Shown: piece after piece, positions 37,768 through 51,068 of the stretch
How the letters are laid out: the number at the start of each line of letters is the position of its first letter
Numbering within the stretch: the first letter of the stretch is position 1
NCBI GenBank assembly: GCA_964252035.1
Contig: OZ176208.1
Reading direction: 5' to 3' (one strand)
From: Podarcis erhardii
Lineage: Eukaryota
DNA: 64,000 nt
Made by a program: the position numbers and the translations under genes
Notes under the pieces: generated by a model
Told to the model about the DNA's origin: nothing
What the model saw: the letters and a program-made list of their open reading frames with translations, nothing else
Database searches by the model: none

Positions 37768-37982
37768 CAGTGGTACCTCGGGTTACAGATGCTTCAGGTT
37801 ACAGACTCCGCTAACCCAGAAATAGTACCTCGGGTTGAGAACTTTGCTTCAGGATGAGAACAGAAATCGCGCGGCGGCAGTGGGAGGCCCCATTAGCTAA
37901 ACTGGTACCTCAGGTTAAGAACAGTTTTAAGTTAAGAGTGGACCTCCAGAACGAATTAAGTTCTTAACCCGAGGTACCACTG
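37768..37982. mobile_element. Tigger/pogo-like MITE family 1
   Basis: ta|cagtggtacctcggg...cccgaggtaccactg|ta. Confidence 0.95.
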
Positions 37983-38138
37983 TACTTATTGTACATCGTT
38001 AAATTAGCTCAATTCTTGACCATTCTTTCAGCATCACAGGTTTTAATCCCTAAACTTGAAGAGCTGCTGCTATTAGACATAATCAGCAAGTCACTGGCTT
38101 GCTGTGTTAGAACCTTGATTCTTAGCTGCCCTCTCAAA

Positions 38139-38469
38139 AAAGGTAAAGGGACCCCTGACCATTAGGTCCAGTCGTGACCGACTCTGGGGTTGCGGCGCTC
38201 ATCTCGCTTTAGTGGCCGAGGGAGCTGGCGTACAGCTTCCGGGTCATGTGGCCAGCATGACTAAGCCGCTTCTGGTCAACCAGAGCAGCGCACGGAAACA
38301 CCGTTTACCTTCCCGCCGGAGCGGTACCTATTTATCTACTTGCACTTTGACGTGCTTTCGAACTGCTAGGTTGGCAGGAGCAGGGACCGAGCAATGGGCG
38401 CTCACCCTGTTGCGGGGATTCGAACCACCAACCTTCTGATTGGTTTAACCCACAGTGCCAGCCATGTCC
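38139..38469 (-). mobile_element. Sauria SINE
   Basis: aaaggtaaagggacccctgaccattaggtcc...ggtttaacccacagtgccagccatgtcc is the reverse complement of the family. Confidence 0.95.
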
Positions 38470-41400
38470 TGTCTTCTCTCTTACAGCACTGCAAACATTT
38501 CTGAGCAAAGCAAGCCAGCCTTATAATGTGCCAATTTAGAATATGTTTCACCAGATTGAAGCCCTCCCTTGCAGTTGGAGTTGTATTCCTGCTGCAGAAG
38601 CTACGTAAGTTGTGGCATTAAAGGGTGCTACACATATACTTTTTTTCAGGACTTTGAAGTGCAAATGTCCACACTGACCTGAGCAGATGTGGGTACTTGG
38701 GGTTTCTCAGGCTGATGCCAATTGAATGCATATCCAAGGGCAAATTAACGTAATCAGCCTTGATTTGAAAATCTGCTCTGTGTACGCCACTGTATTGAAA
38801 AACACTGAGTAAATGTCCTTCTGTCAGTGCTACAATTCAACAGAATGAGCCTCTGCCTAATTTCTTTACCAGTCATCAAAGGCATCAGAGCTCCTTATGT
38901 GATCATCTTGGAAGTCCCTTTCACGATTAAAGATGACCAACCACAGTGTTCCAGTAGAACAATGGTTCCTGACCCAGAACCTTAAGATTTATTCTTCTCT
39001 GTAGAACTCCTTGCGTGCTTTTCACATGAGCTGCTTTCCCCCACACCAAGATGATCTCTGTTGTGGAGTGTTGTGTGGAAAACCCCCAAATATCTACTTT
39101 TTATTAGTTGTATGTTTGTATGTGGTAGTATCTAATTGCACCCAAAACACTTGCATGTTTTAGATATGGTGGTTGTCCTTCATAGCGGCTATTGCTGAGA
39201 AGGGAAAATGCCACATAGAAAGTACCCCTTGCTGATGTTCTTATCTGCTTTATAATGTGAGTTGACAGTAGGTGGCAGCAGTAAACTCCTTTGTTGAAGA
39301 CCCTCCTGGTTTTGTGGACTTTTAGAAATATTAATATGTTTTATGGCAATCTGATTTATGAAGATGAAGGCAAGTCAGGGATGAGAAATCTCTGCTGTGC
39401 AGTAGGATATGTTCAGAGCTTATGGAATAAGATGTGTACATGGAGTAAAGATTTTAGATGGGCCCTTCAGCCATTGTGCAACTTAAGAATAAGTACTGGT
39501 GCTGGCTGACTCTGGGTTCTTGATGTAATGTATTGCCTGTCCCACTGCGATGTTTACAGAGAAACTGCATCTTTTATCCCTCCCTCAGCTTCAATATATG
39601 GTGACTTGTGTAGCATAGTATGGTGAATTGTCATTTTACCAGGGCATCTGTGGCACTCTAGAGAGCACTGTTGGCATGCTGGCCTTGGAAAGCCTACTTA
39701 TATGCCTTTATGTGCTAATGCACATGAAAGATTTCTGTGTTTAGTTAAAATACTTAAAAGCAGCTTGTTCTGTACTAACTCAGCCATTATAATGTAGGTC
39801 AGGGAGGAGAAAAAAGGAAGGTAATTTCATTAAATGTAGCTATCCAGCTTAGTTTTTTTCTATTATTCTTAACAAGTTTTTTCTCTTAAAAACAGTGCAG
39901 TACTTGCTAAGAAACCTCCTAACAAAATTGCCATCCAGCATTAACATTGGTTCACAGCTTGCTGAGATTTTATTATTGTTGGCTCTCAGCAATAACATAT
40001 CCCTCCCCCAAATATTTTATTCCAAGACCTTCTTCAACATCCTTTCATCACCTCCCATTCTGTTTCTTTCCCAATAAATAAGCTTATATAACTGAGGTGT
40101 ACGTGAGAGAGAGAGGGAGGGAGGGAGGGAGAGAGACTGGAGGAAGAGAGATGGACAGACAGTCAGAGACTTTCTAGTAGAATAAACATATGACCAGTTC
40201 CAAGCGTTCCTCTGAGGGGAAAATGTGATAAAAAAGGAGAGGTTGTCAGCAGTGCTGTAGATTAACTCAGTAAAGCTAATGGATCAATTCTTTGGAGAAT
40301 AAAACTAAATTCGCCTGCAAAATATATTGCATATAACTGCTGCATCAAGTACCGAAGTTCTCCCGTCCAAAACCTCTAGGTACTCTGATTTCATTGGTTT
40401 TTGCATTAACAGAATGCAGTACTGTGAAGCAAATTTTATTAGGATTATGAAGTATTTGCAGCTGTTCTATTCTGTCTCTCTCTTGTCTTCTCTTTACTGA
40501 TGATTGGAGACTGCTGCATTAAAGGGTTCATGTTTATGGGATGACCAAAGCAACCGAGGGTTAAACAAACCACTTTTCCTCTTCAGAGCAAGATTTAAAG
40601 ACTTGGTTTTTAATGCAGTTCTTGTGTTTTCTGAAAGGCAGTTGTGTAAAGGTATCATTCGCTTAACAACATGTCTTAAGGCTTGATTTTGTAATGTGTT
40701 AAGAACATGTTGTGTGTCAGCACAGCACATTTCGTTTTCCTGAAGGAAAAGGTAGAACAATTATAAATGCTCTGATAACTGAGTGAGATGTAGCAGTCTG
40801 AAGAGATGAGTGTTGGTCATAATGGGAGATGTGCTAGTCCTTTCAACAGCTTGATACGGGCAGATCCCCCCCCCCCTTAGTACTCATAGTATTTGGAGTA
40901 TTCGGAGAACTTGTATCTGTACAACCATGCCCAGGTTTTATTGTAAGAGATTGGTGGTGGTAATGAACTTTTTTCAAGCATTCCATGCCAAGTGTTCCAT
41001 GTCAGTCCAGTACATGTGTGATTGGAAGCCAAATCATGGTTTTCTGATATGTAAATGAACCTGTCCTGATCCTTTGGCTCTCATACTCCCCCTTCTTTTC
41101 TCATTTCTTTGTATGCCATATGAAATTGAAAGTTCCCACTTTTGCTTTTAAACTAACCATATTTCATTTTGGTGTCTGAATTCTGGAAACTGGGTTTTTT
41201 TAGGCTTAGCAAGAACAACCTGGATCTGAAGCCGCAGGATCTGGCGTTAGTTGCAAATTGGAAATGGAGACATTTGCAGGCTCAGATATAAAACTTGGAA
41301 ATTGTGGTTGCTTCTTGCTTCTGAATTGTTATAATTCCATGGCGATCTGTTTGAAAGTTTTGTACACCTTTGGAACACATAAGTGTTATCCTAAATGAAT

Positions 41401-42212
41401 TATTTGTGAATTTACTTGGAATCCAGGTACCAAATTATAGAATATTAGTTGACAAGTAAATATGTGATAATGTTGAAGAAGATGCATGGAATGTTTAAAA
41501 TTAAACAATATTCTAAACCATATTTTGTGCATTTTTTTGTTTTGTATTTAGCTTGATCCCTTATAGCAGTTAACACTACAAAGATCAACTTCCACAGCTA
41601 TATAGCTATTGTAGCCCAGCTCCTTACCTTCATTTTGGTGTATATTATGGCTGAATTGGTTCGTTGCTTACAGAGCTGCAGTGGTTTCCCCAAAACTGGC
41701 CTAACTTACACCGCATAGTGTAACACCTTGAAAATGAGGTTCAGCACCTTTTTTGGGGAGCAGGGAAAACTACTACCCACATTTTCTTTTTCACCATATG
41801 TAGAATTGATCTGGAATGGCTGCCCGCTTTTAACATGCCTGTGCTGTTGCAAGTAAAAAAATGACATTGTGGCTAGCCTACTAATTATTCATCCTGCTTT
41901 CCTGCTAACAAATTATCACCTTTTATGGAATTTTAAACCACAGCACTTCTGGTCTATGAGCAAAATGTGTCATAAGCTCTGAAAAGTACATTTCATCATG
42001 TGGATTGCTCATTGCTGTATGGCATTATCTACTTATTTATCAAATGCCTGGTATCTTACAGGAGTGAATGAGCCTTTAAGTGGTTATGGAAGTAAGACAG
42101 CACAGGAAGAAAGAAATATTGGTTTTTGCTACCAAGATCACACATGCTGTGCACATGGACTGAGATAATTGGGCCACTCTGTCTTCTCCCCACCTGTTAG
42201 CTCCTTCTTATC

Positions 42213-42805
42213 AAAAAAGTGAATGCTATTCTAGGCTGCATCCCTTGTCCAGATCAAGGGAAATGATAGTACCACTCTATTCTGCCTTGGTCAGACAACA
42301 CCTGTAGTTCTGCATACAATTCTAGGCACCTCAGTTTAAGAAGGATGTTGGCAGGCTGGAATGTGTGCAGAGGAGGTGACTAAGATGATCAAGGGACTGG
42401 TAACCAAGCCTTATGAGGAATGGTTGAGGGAATTGGGTATGTTTAGCCTGGTAAAGAGGAGGCTGAGAAACTAAATTATAGCCATCTTCAAATATCTTAA
42501 GGGCTGTCACATAGAAGATGGAGCAAACTTGTCTTCTCCTGCTCCAGAGGCTAGGATCTGAACCAACGGCTTCAAGTTACAAGAAGGGAACTTGCAACTA
42601 AACATCAGGAATAACAGTAAGAGCTATTCGACAGTGGAGCAGACTCCCTCGGGGTGTCATGGATTCTTCTTCATTGGAGGTTTTTTGGCAGAGGTTGGAG
42701 GCCATCTGTCATGGATGCTTTAGTTGAGATTCCTGCATTCGCAGGGGTTGGACTACATGACCCTCAAGGTCCTTCCCAACTGTATAATTCTCTGATTCTC
42801 TGATT
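42213..42805 (+). mobile_element. CR1 LINE 3' fragment (RT C-terminus and ATTCT-type tail)
   Basis: Degenerate translation KKVNAILGCI...LYSALVR.HL..C.QF.APQFKKDV..LE.VQRR.TKMIKGL...YEE.LRELGMFSL.KRRLR. Ends in gattctctgattctctgatt. Confidence 0.9.
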
Positions 42806-44429
42806 GTCTATTTCTCAATTGATCTCATATCTAACTGGCTTTGCAGCTGGACAACCCCCATGTGAATTTTGCTATTGATTAGGAGCTGGCAAGGCATTTG
42901 GGATACACTTCAGTTTCCTCCCTCCTGCTGATAAAATAATTGAAATGTATGTGGACATGATGAGGATAGATGTGTTTACAAATTTGGCTGGAAGAGGAAG
43001 ATCTTTCATTTTTTTAATGTCAATTCTAAACAAATTTCTAAAGATATATACTAGATAGAAAACAGGTGATTTGTATCAAAAGAAAGTATGCTGGTAGGAA
43101 TGCAAGTACAAGCTATAAAAGAATTTTTTTAAAGCAATGAATGCTAATGTTGACTTGCTTTACAAACTCTAAAGCTGGGCAATGGAGAACTGCTATTGTG
43201 AATCAGCAGTCCAATTTTGGTTTTAATGTGCATTAAATACTAGGAGCTTGGGACTTATGCACCTGTTCTCATTACCTCTGAACATTTGTTCCTCATGGTC
43301 AGCTCCTCACAGGTGACAAGTGAGATGGGACAATGAGCCCCTAGGGATCTCTTTGCTAGTATCAAAGTCTTATTTACCCATTAATCATGTAATTAAAGCC
43401 AGAGGTGAAGGAAGTACCTGAGGATCATATCAATTCCAAATATAGACAAAATCAAGTATGTTTTTGTGCAAGCTTTGAAAAAACTGCACACACCCCCCCC
43501 CCCCCGCTTACAGAGAGGATCATTTGGCTAAATATTTTTTTGCCCATTTAACTTTCTGGCATTATGAAACACAAATTCCCCAATTAAACAACCATTTACT
43601 TGCTGTGCTTTTGAGAAACAACTGGCCTGCAAAAACTACAAAAGCCGAAAAGGCAGCAGCAACCCAAGTGAATAATAAAATATATTGCTGTGCCAGTTGG
43701 TGCACAAGGGTGTATTGTAAAATAAGTATTGAATCCAATTTATTATGAAGTGAAGTGGCAGTATTCATCTTCATGATGGGTTGAATCTAGAATTCCTTGT
43801 GTGAAGTTGTGCACATAAAGTGGGATGCTCTTGGATCTCTCCTGCCCCCTTCCCCCCGGCAATCCCCTGAAAATATGGTCTGGAGGGTTTAAGAGACCCT
43901 CTGGAGCAGTATAGAGGGTAACTTGGGGGCTGCAGCAGGAACTCAAGGAAAATCGCTCACCTTCTATTTCCTTTTGCCCATCTACACATTCAGCAGGCAG
44001 TAAGGGAGCTCTGTGGTTGCATCATTCTGCAGGCAACAGGGCTGGACGGAGGGATACCTCCAACCAAGAAAAAACACCCCTATCACCTGGCGTAAAGGTG
44101 GTCTGGATCACTCTATAAATAAAGTGATCTTCATGTGGTTTGAATGTTTTATTCAAACAAATTTTGTAAAGAAGACAACTCAGTAGCATACATACTCTGA
44201 CATTACAGAAAAATAAAGGCACTGTGAAATTTTAAGACAACTGTACTTGAATCCCTGTAACTGAGTCAGAGTTCTCTGTCCTTTGATCTGAAACAACCTG
44301 ATTTGGGGAAGCAACATCTTCCTTTGCACACCAATGTCCTTCCACTCAGACACAGATCTAGACTTACCTTCCTGGGAAGCTGATACCAACTTCCTGGGTG
44401 CCAAAGAGGATGACTCAGTAATGAACAGG

Positions 44430-46600
44430 GATTAGTCACATACAGAGGAGCAGTCATGTAGGAGCTCTGCTGTAACAGCAGCACAAAGGTCACATGAGTG
44501 ACTGTCATCCGCTTGCTCTGGAGCAGTGATCCCCCCCAGCCTGGGTGAGTGGCGCAGTGAATTGACTGCTTCTTCCACAGAGCGAAGCCGCATAGCTGTT
44601 GCCGGAGAGCGCTGACTTTTTCCTGTGGACAATTTGATCTTAAAGCAACTACCCGTGAGTAGAGCGGAGAATTGGATTTTTAAACGTCTTAATTTGGTGT
44701 CGAAATGGGGAGGTCTAAAACAGGAAGTCCACCTTCCCCTTTTGTAAATAGATTGAAGCAATGAGGATGCAAGCTGAAGCCTCGGAAAGCCTATTGTAAA
44801 GGACTAAATTTCCATCGGTAAAAAATACTAAACCCCCCTTGGTGGCAGGAGAAGAGGGGGGAAAGTTTTGGACTGAGTATACCTGCAGGAGAGAGCAAAC
44901 AGAGTTAAAATACCACCGCTCCGATTCTGGAAACGGGCTGCCAACAGGACTGACGTGTTCTGGAATGCTTATTGATCGTGATTAGAATGTTCAGTGACAG
45001 TTAGTTAAATAAGGAATACATTGTTTCCACTGTCTCCGTCTGCATTTAAAAAGGAGTAAAAGTAACAGAAAATTGAAACTAACTTTATTGTTTGAATTGA
45101 GTTTAAAAGGACTAATACAAATAGAAACTGTTTCCCTATAGAGGAAGCCCTGGAAACTGTTACAAGAGTTGAGCTGGGGGAATTTCCAGCTGCAAGATAA
45201 AAAGCTGTGAGATTCTGGGGACCTTGAATCGGTTGAGAATGTCGTCAGAAGAGGCCTTAGTGGTTTTATTATGTAAGATAAGTGACTCACTGGAACAGCT
45301 TCACAAAAAGGTGGATGTGGTAACTAACCAAAATCGATAATTTGGGACAAAAAGTGAACACCAATACAGACACTATTCAGAAATTGATACAGGAATCTAC
45401 TTTGACATGGCAAACTGCGGAGAAGGCTAGGGAGAAAGTTACTGCCATTGAATCTAAAGTAACACAATTGGAGAGAGAGAGAGAGAGTCCCAGCCTTACA
45501 GATGCAATTTGATGACCATAAGTTGATGCCTGCTATGATTGAATCTAAAGAAAATCAGATTTTGAGGATCAGAGCCCTACCTGAACTCGAGAAGGAAAGT
45601 TTGATAGATTTCCCCACACAGGAATTTGATGATTTTTGGGACCGGGACTTGGGTCAAGAAGAGATTAAAACTGTGAGGGCCTTTGGACTTGGAAGAGGAG
45701 GGAAAAAAGAGAAGAACAAAATAAGAGACTGTTGGAACTACCAAAAGAACTTAGAAGAACAACAGTTAAGAGTGGAAATTTTGAAAGACGTTCTGAAATA
45801 CCTTTTGGATTTTAGATTTAACTACGGAGATTTGGTTGCCCTGTCGAGAAGGAATAAAATCATCTTTAGGTGGGAGTTTCCCCGAGATTTACTCTTTAGC
45901 TTCAAAGGAAGGAAAATAAAAATAAGATCAGTGGAAGACAAAGTAAAGTTCATGTATAAATATGAAGAAGACTCGCAGAAGGGACTTGGAAAAGAGTTAA
46001 GAGCATCGGACAGAAGATCACCAGGTTGATGGACTATATGGAATTGGCGGATATGACTGGCAGAATCCGGGACCAGGGAGAAGAGTCGGTGGAAGAAGAT
46101 TGGAAAAAGTTTAAAGACTATTTATAAAAATATTGTAAGATTAATGAGTGTTAGAAAAATGTTGGAAAGGAGTTATATGGCTTTAGTAGAGATGTTATAA
46201 GGAATTAAGTACAAATAGATTATTAGAGTATTAAAGGGAAAATAAGGTTAAAATATGTTAAGACAATTATATATTAAAGGGAAAAAATAAGGTTAGAATA
46301 TGTTAAGATAAATTACAGGACAGAAAACAGAGGAAGATGGAAAGGAATTGCTGAAACAGTTAATTAAAGTGGAATACAAAAAGGGAGGTGTGAGGAGGTC
46401 GTTGAAACAAGGGAATGAAAGACAAGATACTGAAATTATTGGATGTGTTTTAAATTGTGTTTATTTTGTTTTGTTAATTTAATATTATGGTGTTGGTGTT
46501 GTGTGGTGTTTTTGGTTTTGTATTGTATTGTATTGTTTTGTTTAACTCTTTTTCTTTCTTTTGTAGTCTTTAAAATGTTAATAATTTTTTTTTTTAAAAG
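44430..46600 (+). mobile_element. L1-derived ORF1-only element (HAL1-like), degraded; ends approximate
   Basis: GC-rich 5' region. Frameshifted ORF from about 45239: coiled-coil-like segment, then ILRIRALPE...IIFRWEFPRDLLFSFKGRKIKIRSVED (L1 ORF1/Transposase_22-like, ORF 45502-46029). About 570 bp of 3' UTR with a GT/T-rich end follows, with no ORF2. Confidence 0.7.
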
Positions 46601-47837
46601 AAAGGTTTACCAAAAGATTTTGCAGTAGCTATTAATAGAGGGAGCCGATGAGCAGAAAGTCATCCATGTAGAACATGATGGGGCACAATCCTACCTTGTC
46701 CTTTACTGTTAGTTTCAAATGAGGATGGTCCAGTGTCATTTCCACTGAGCCACTCACACCTTTGGCATCTCCTCCTGCAATTGGCTGGAGATGAATCTGA
46801 ATGAAGAAATCTCAAGCCGGTCCACTATGTCCCACTATTGCCCAAACTTTGTGATGCTAATTGGTCAAGTGGCAAGGCAAGGATGTTTGAGATGCTCAGG
46901 CTATCTGCCTGGGTTGCTAATGGCTAAGCTGCCCTCCACTGCAACTCTTGGGTTTTGCCTCTATGCCAGGCCTGGTCCTGAATACTGTATTTAAAACTGC
47001 TGCAACTATTTGGATGGTTTTATTGGGCCAAATCTGTTTAAAAGCAACAAGAGATTTCCCAGTGATTAGTTCAGTCAAGGCAGAATGCCTCTTATGTGTG
47101 TGCCTCTCTCTGAAGAAAATAGAAAGAAGTCATTTGTTTAATAAGTTATGATTCAGCATATCATAAAATAACAATGCAAAAATACTTGAAATTGCTACTT
47201 TTATTCTTGATGCAGGTTTTTATGACTTTCAGAATTATAAAAGGAATATGTATGTTTATATCAGAAAATGTGTTCGTAGGGCATGGCTGGGGTTGGCAGC
47301 ATTTCAAACACATTTAAAGTTTAAAGTCCAAGGGCTAGTTATTTAATTTATTCCCATATATCCACATGTATCAAGCATCTGGTATATACGGTAACTGGCT
47401 TTTTGAATAAAAGAGGCTTTCTGCCCTAATACAAGAGATTTTCAAAATAATTGTGGTCCTGCTATTTACTGTTTACTGAAGCATTTCAAGATCTAAAGGA
47501 AAACAAAACAAAAAAACTATTCAGTGCATAAACAGACAGTACACCTTTTGTCGTAGAATCTTCTCAAAGAAAAAGGTGCTTTCTTATAAAACTCAGCCTT
47601 GTACAATTCCATAATGACATCTTGTGTCACCTGTGTTTGTGTAATGGATAGAGAAAAATATTGGTTAGTGCAGAGGTCTGCTCTTAACAGAAGTGTTTTC
47701 ATTCCAAATGGACTGACTTAAGAAACAAATAGATTAACCTTTTTATATTTAACATTAGCAAAAATAAAATAAAAAAGAAACCCTCTGTTTGCTTTTATTT
47801 CTCATGTTTGTATAATACATTGGATTATCTCCTTTTT

Positions 47838-47950
47838 TTCCTTGCAATAATCCTGTGAAATAGGTTACGCTGAAAATTAGTTACTTGCCCGAAACCATAC
47901 AGCGAGCTTCCACCTCAAAAGGGTATTTGAATCGGGACCTCTAGCATGCC
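47838..47950 (-). mobile_element. Degraded MIR/Ther1-like SINE
   Basis: caataatcctgtgaaataggttacgctgaaa...gcccgaaaccatacagcgagcttc...tttgaatcggga. Confidence 0.55.
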
Positions 47951-48365
47951 TAACCAAATGTGGGCTCTTTCAATTCCTACAGGCTTTTGTCTTAAAATCC
48001 TGAATACTTAAATTTAAACTTAAATCAGTAATGCACATTTCCAGGAGCACAAGTTTCAGGTTTCTACAAGACATGTGTAAACAGAATGCATCAAAACCTT
48101 GTGTAATATGCTTTTTAAAATGCATCCATGCCACTCTGGGCTCCTTTGAGAAGAAGGATGAGATATAAATTTAATAATAATTAAGTAATAATAAGTAAAT
48201 GTTTGGTATCATGTCTAGATGCAGGGATACTAACCTCTCATAGTAGCTGAGTGATAGTTATGGTGTCTCTGATACTGACAGAATTAGACTAGAAACAATG
48301 AGTACTTGTGATAGTAGAGCTCTCTTACTGATTTCCAGTTGGTGACTTATTGTCACTTTAATAGT

Positions 48366-48512
48366 AAATCATAGAATTGTAGAGCTGGAAGAGATCCTAT
48401 CATCTAGTCTAACCCCCAGCAATGCAGAAATATGCATCTGTCCCATATGGGGATCAAATCTGTGGCCTTGGTGTTATCAGCACCATGCTGTAACCAACTG
48501 AGCTATCCAGTG
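48366..48512 (-). mobile_element. tRNA(Ile-like)-headed SINE with CR1-type tail
   Basis: Reverse complement ggatagctcagttggttacagcatggtgctgataacaccaagg...tttgatcccc...ctagatgat...ctctacaattctatgatt. It is a degenerate tRNA head, not a functional tRNA. Confidence 0.75.
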
Positions 48513-49000
48513 GCACAACTAGTGAAAGCAATTAATGTGAGAATGCCTCTAAGATGGCTTTGATTTTTTCCAAATGACAGAGGGGGACCTAGTTAAATCA
48601 ATACATTTTAAATCATTCCCTTGCTGGATCATTTCTTGTCAAGTGAAGGCTTTTGTTTAGAGAGCCTGTCATATATTTTGCTTTGTGACTGATTATTCAG
48701 GGAACAGTGATTGACTGCAGCTCAGCAATGTCAAATATGTCAAAAAATATGCTAAGATTTACAGTTCCATTAATTTGGTGATAACTTTTTCTGCAGTCAC
48801 TGCAGTATGGGTGAGTCTTATGAAACACTAAGGTAGTGGCTACAGTCCTACGCCCCCTTGAACACAGTGTGGCTTCCCTGTGCATAAATATTCAGAGGAT
48901 TGCTCTGTAAATGCTGCGATAAAGCATTTGGCTTACTTTTACGTGCCCTGTGTTCTCCTGCCTCCAAACCTCATCTGCTGTTTTCAGGAATAGGAAGGAC

Positions 49001-49073
49001 TCCTTGCAGAGAAAATCAGCTAGTATCCTATCTTCCCCTTTAGAGAGATACTGGCTGATTTTCTCTGCAAGGA
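49001..49073. other. 73-nt near-perfect hairpin (27-bp stem)
   Basis: tccttgcagagaaaatcagctagtatc (49001-49027) pairs with gatactggctgattttctctgcaagga (49047-49073), with one G-U pair on the + strand. Confidence 0.9.
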
Positions 49074-49099
49074 AAATCTGAAACTGAAACTAAACCTGT

Positions 49100-49330
49100 C
49101 CAAAGGAACACAGGATAAGAATAGCCTGGCTGGATCCGACCAAAGGCACATCTAGTCTAGCATCCTGTTCTCTCAGTGTCCAGCCACATGCCTATGGAAG
49201 GGTCATAAGTGGGACTTGAATACAACAGCACTCTCACCACTTGTGCTCCTGGACAACTGGTATTCAAAGACATGCCGTCCCTGATATTGGAGGTGATACC
49301 TAGCCACCATGATGCTGGTCTTGGGCATCC
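49100..49330 (-). mobile_element. CR1-type 3' end fragment
   Basis: ataagaatagcctggctggatc...catctagtctagcatcctgttctc...gccacatgcctatggaag, a common reptile CR1-type tail in reverse. Confidence 0.6.
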
Positions 49331-49499
49331 CCTTAAACACCTTAGGATAATGTCTCTTTATCTTTGGGACCCAAGTAATCTGCTGAGACCAAAGAGGCCA
49401 AAAATAAGAGAGCCTCATTCTGGTATCTCCTTTTTGTTAAGCTATGGAATTTGATACCACAGCATGTAGCACTGGGCACCAGCTTTAAAGGAAAATTAA

Positions 49500-49925
49500 A
49501 CTAATGCATGAAGGATAAGGCTGTCAATAGCTGCTAGCCATGATGATGGCATAGTGTCTAGCTTTTTCAGATAAAAAAACCCAGGATACACATCTTCCAG
49601 GACATGCTCCCAGGTGAGTTATGTGACCCACTCTGTGATCTTGCCCTAGAAAAAGTACTTTTTCGGGATGAGAGTGCAGCACCTAAAATGGCCACTGAAA
49701 TCTTGCATGGAAAAATGGGATGTCTCATTTTTTCAAGAACGCTTGGTGGGTATGTGATGGCTATGTATTACCCCAAGTATTAGAGGCAGTATGCTTCTGA
49801 ATATGAGTTGCTTGGAAAGAATATGATCTGGAAAGCATTGTTGCAGTTGCTTGTTGGCTTCCCATAAGCATTTGGTTGACCACTGTGAGGGCAGGTTGCT
49901 CAACTAGATGCACTATTGGCTTGCT
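49500..49925 (+). mobile_element. CR1-type 3' end fragment interrupted by an unrelated ~190-bp insertion (about 49555-49745)
   Basis: gctgtcaatagctgctagccatgatg ... gaggcagtatgcttctgaata...cccataagcatttggttgaccactgtgag, the same family as 49100-49330 in opposite orientation. Confidence 0.55.
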
Positions 49926-51068
49926 TTGACCTTTTTATATTCTTAAGTATATGTGTGGATGCCGTCATGGTTTTACGGCTGTACAAAATGTGACTTTTGG
50001 GAAATGCATAGCAATAAAATTCTGTGGAATACTAATTTGGATTGAACTTTCCAAATTCCCTTGAATTATCGTTTTCAGGGCTACTTACTAGAGCTGACAA
50101 CAGTGCAACAAGGTATAAGGTTATTCTGCTCTTAATCGGTTCTCTTTAAGAGCTCTCTAAAGAAGCAGACCTGCCATGCATAGTAAATGCAGCAAGGTAA
50201 AATAATAGAATTCTTTGAAGCTATACCATATCACCTTTTGAAGCAGTGGTGATCCATCACATAAACACTTGTCAAAAGAATAACTATGCTAAAAATATAA
50301 GCATTCCACAGCTAAGATAGATGAATCGTAGTAGTACATTGATCTGTTAGGACTGGTGTTTTCAAATTTGTTTCCAGAGATGCAAAGATCAACACAGAAC
50401 AAAAGCAAGCAAGCAAACAACAATTTGAGATGTGAGAGTTATATTAGTTAAGTGGATTGCAACCATGGCCAGGATCTTTATGTATTTATTTATTTTTTAA
50501 ATTATATTTGGTACGGAGGGGGCAATTTTCATTAGGAGAAGCAGTGTGTGAAGAGAAGTTTGTCCCTTTCCCTCCACAGCTATGCTTTCAACAAAAATCC
50601 ACCCCTGCACTGAAATAATATTTAGGAAATGAGTTCTGATTTGTGCCAATAGGAGCTCCCCCGCAAAAAAACTAATTGCCACATGGGGAATTTTTAATCA
50701 AGGTAGTGGGTGGGGAAGAAACAAATAAACCTTGCCTTCTCACATGCTACTCTCCTCATGAAAATCTCTCTACTTGATATTAAAAACAAAGAAACACTGG
50801 TGTGGTTGCTAATCACGTGATTAGCATAGTATCTCGTTTCACCCAGAGGTGCAATATACTGCAAATGGTCTATGGGGACACGTGTGCATCTTAAACTTGG
50901 TAAAACACATGCATTTTATTTTTATTTTTTTGTAAAACACACTGATGGAGAGATCACTTGCCAGATTTTCAGTTGTTGCCATACAACAACATTCCCAAAC
51001 ATAATGCCAGTATAAAGTCATTCTCTCCTTCTCCCCCGCCCCCACAAAAAATAGGTTAGAACATTATA

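Noticed and set aside
39643-39745. Possible PH exon 3 (GICGTLESTVGMLALESL, like EPVGALLLE)
   Set aside because: No usable donor before the in-frame stop, and the similarity is within chance.
48366-48512. tRNA-like sequences (also 16209-16456, 18107-18270, 21159-21410)
   Set aside because: These are SINE heads with broken cloverleafs followed by LINE-type tails, not tRNA genes.
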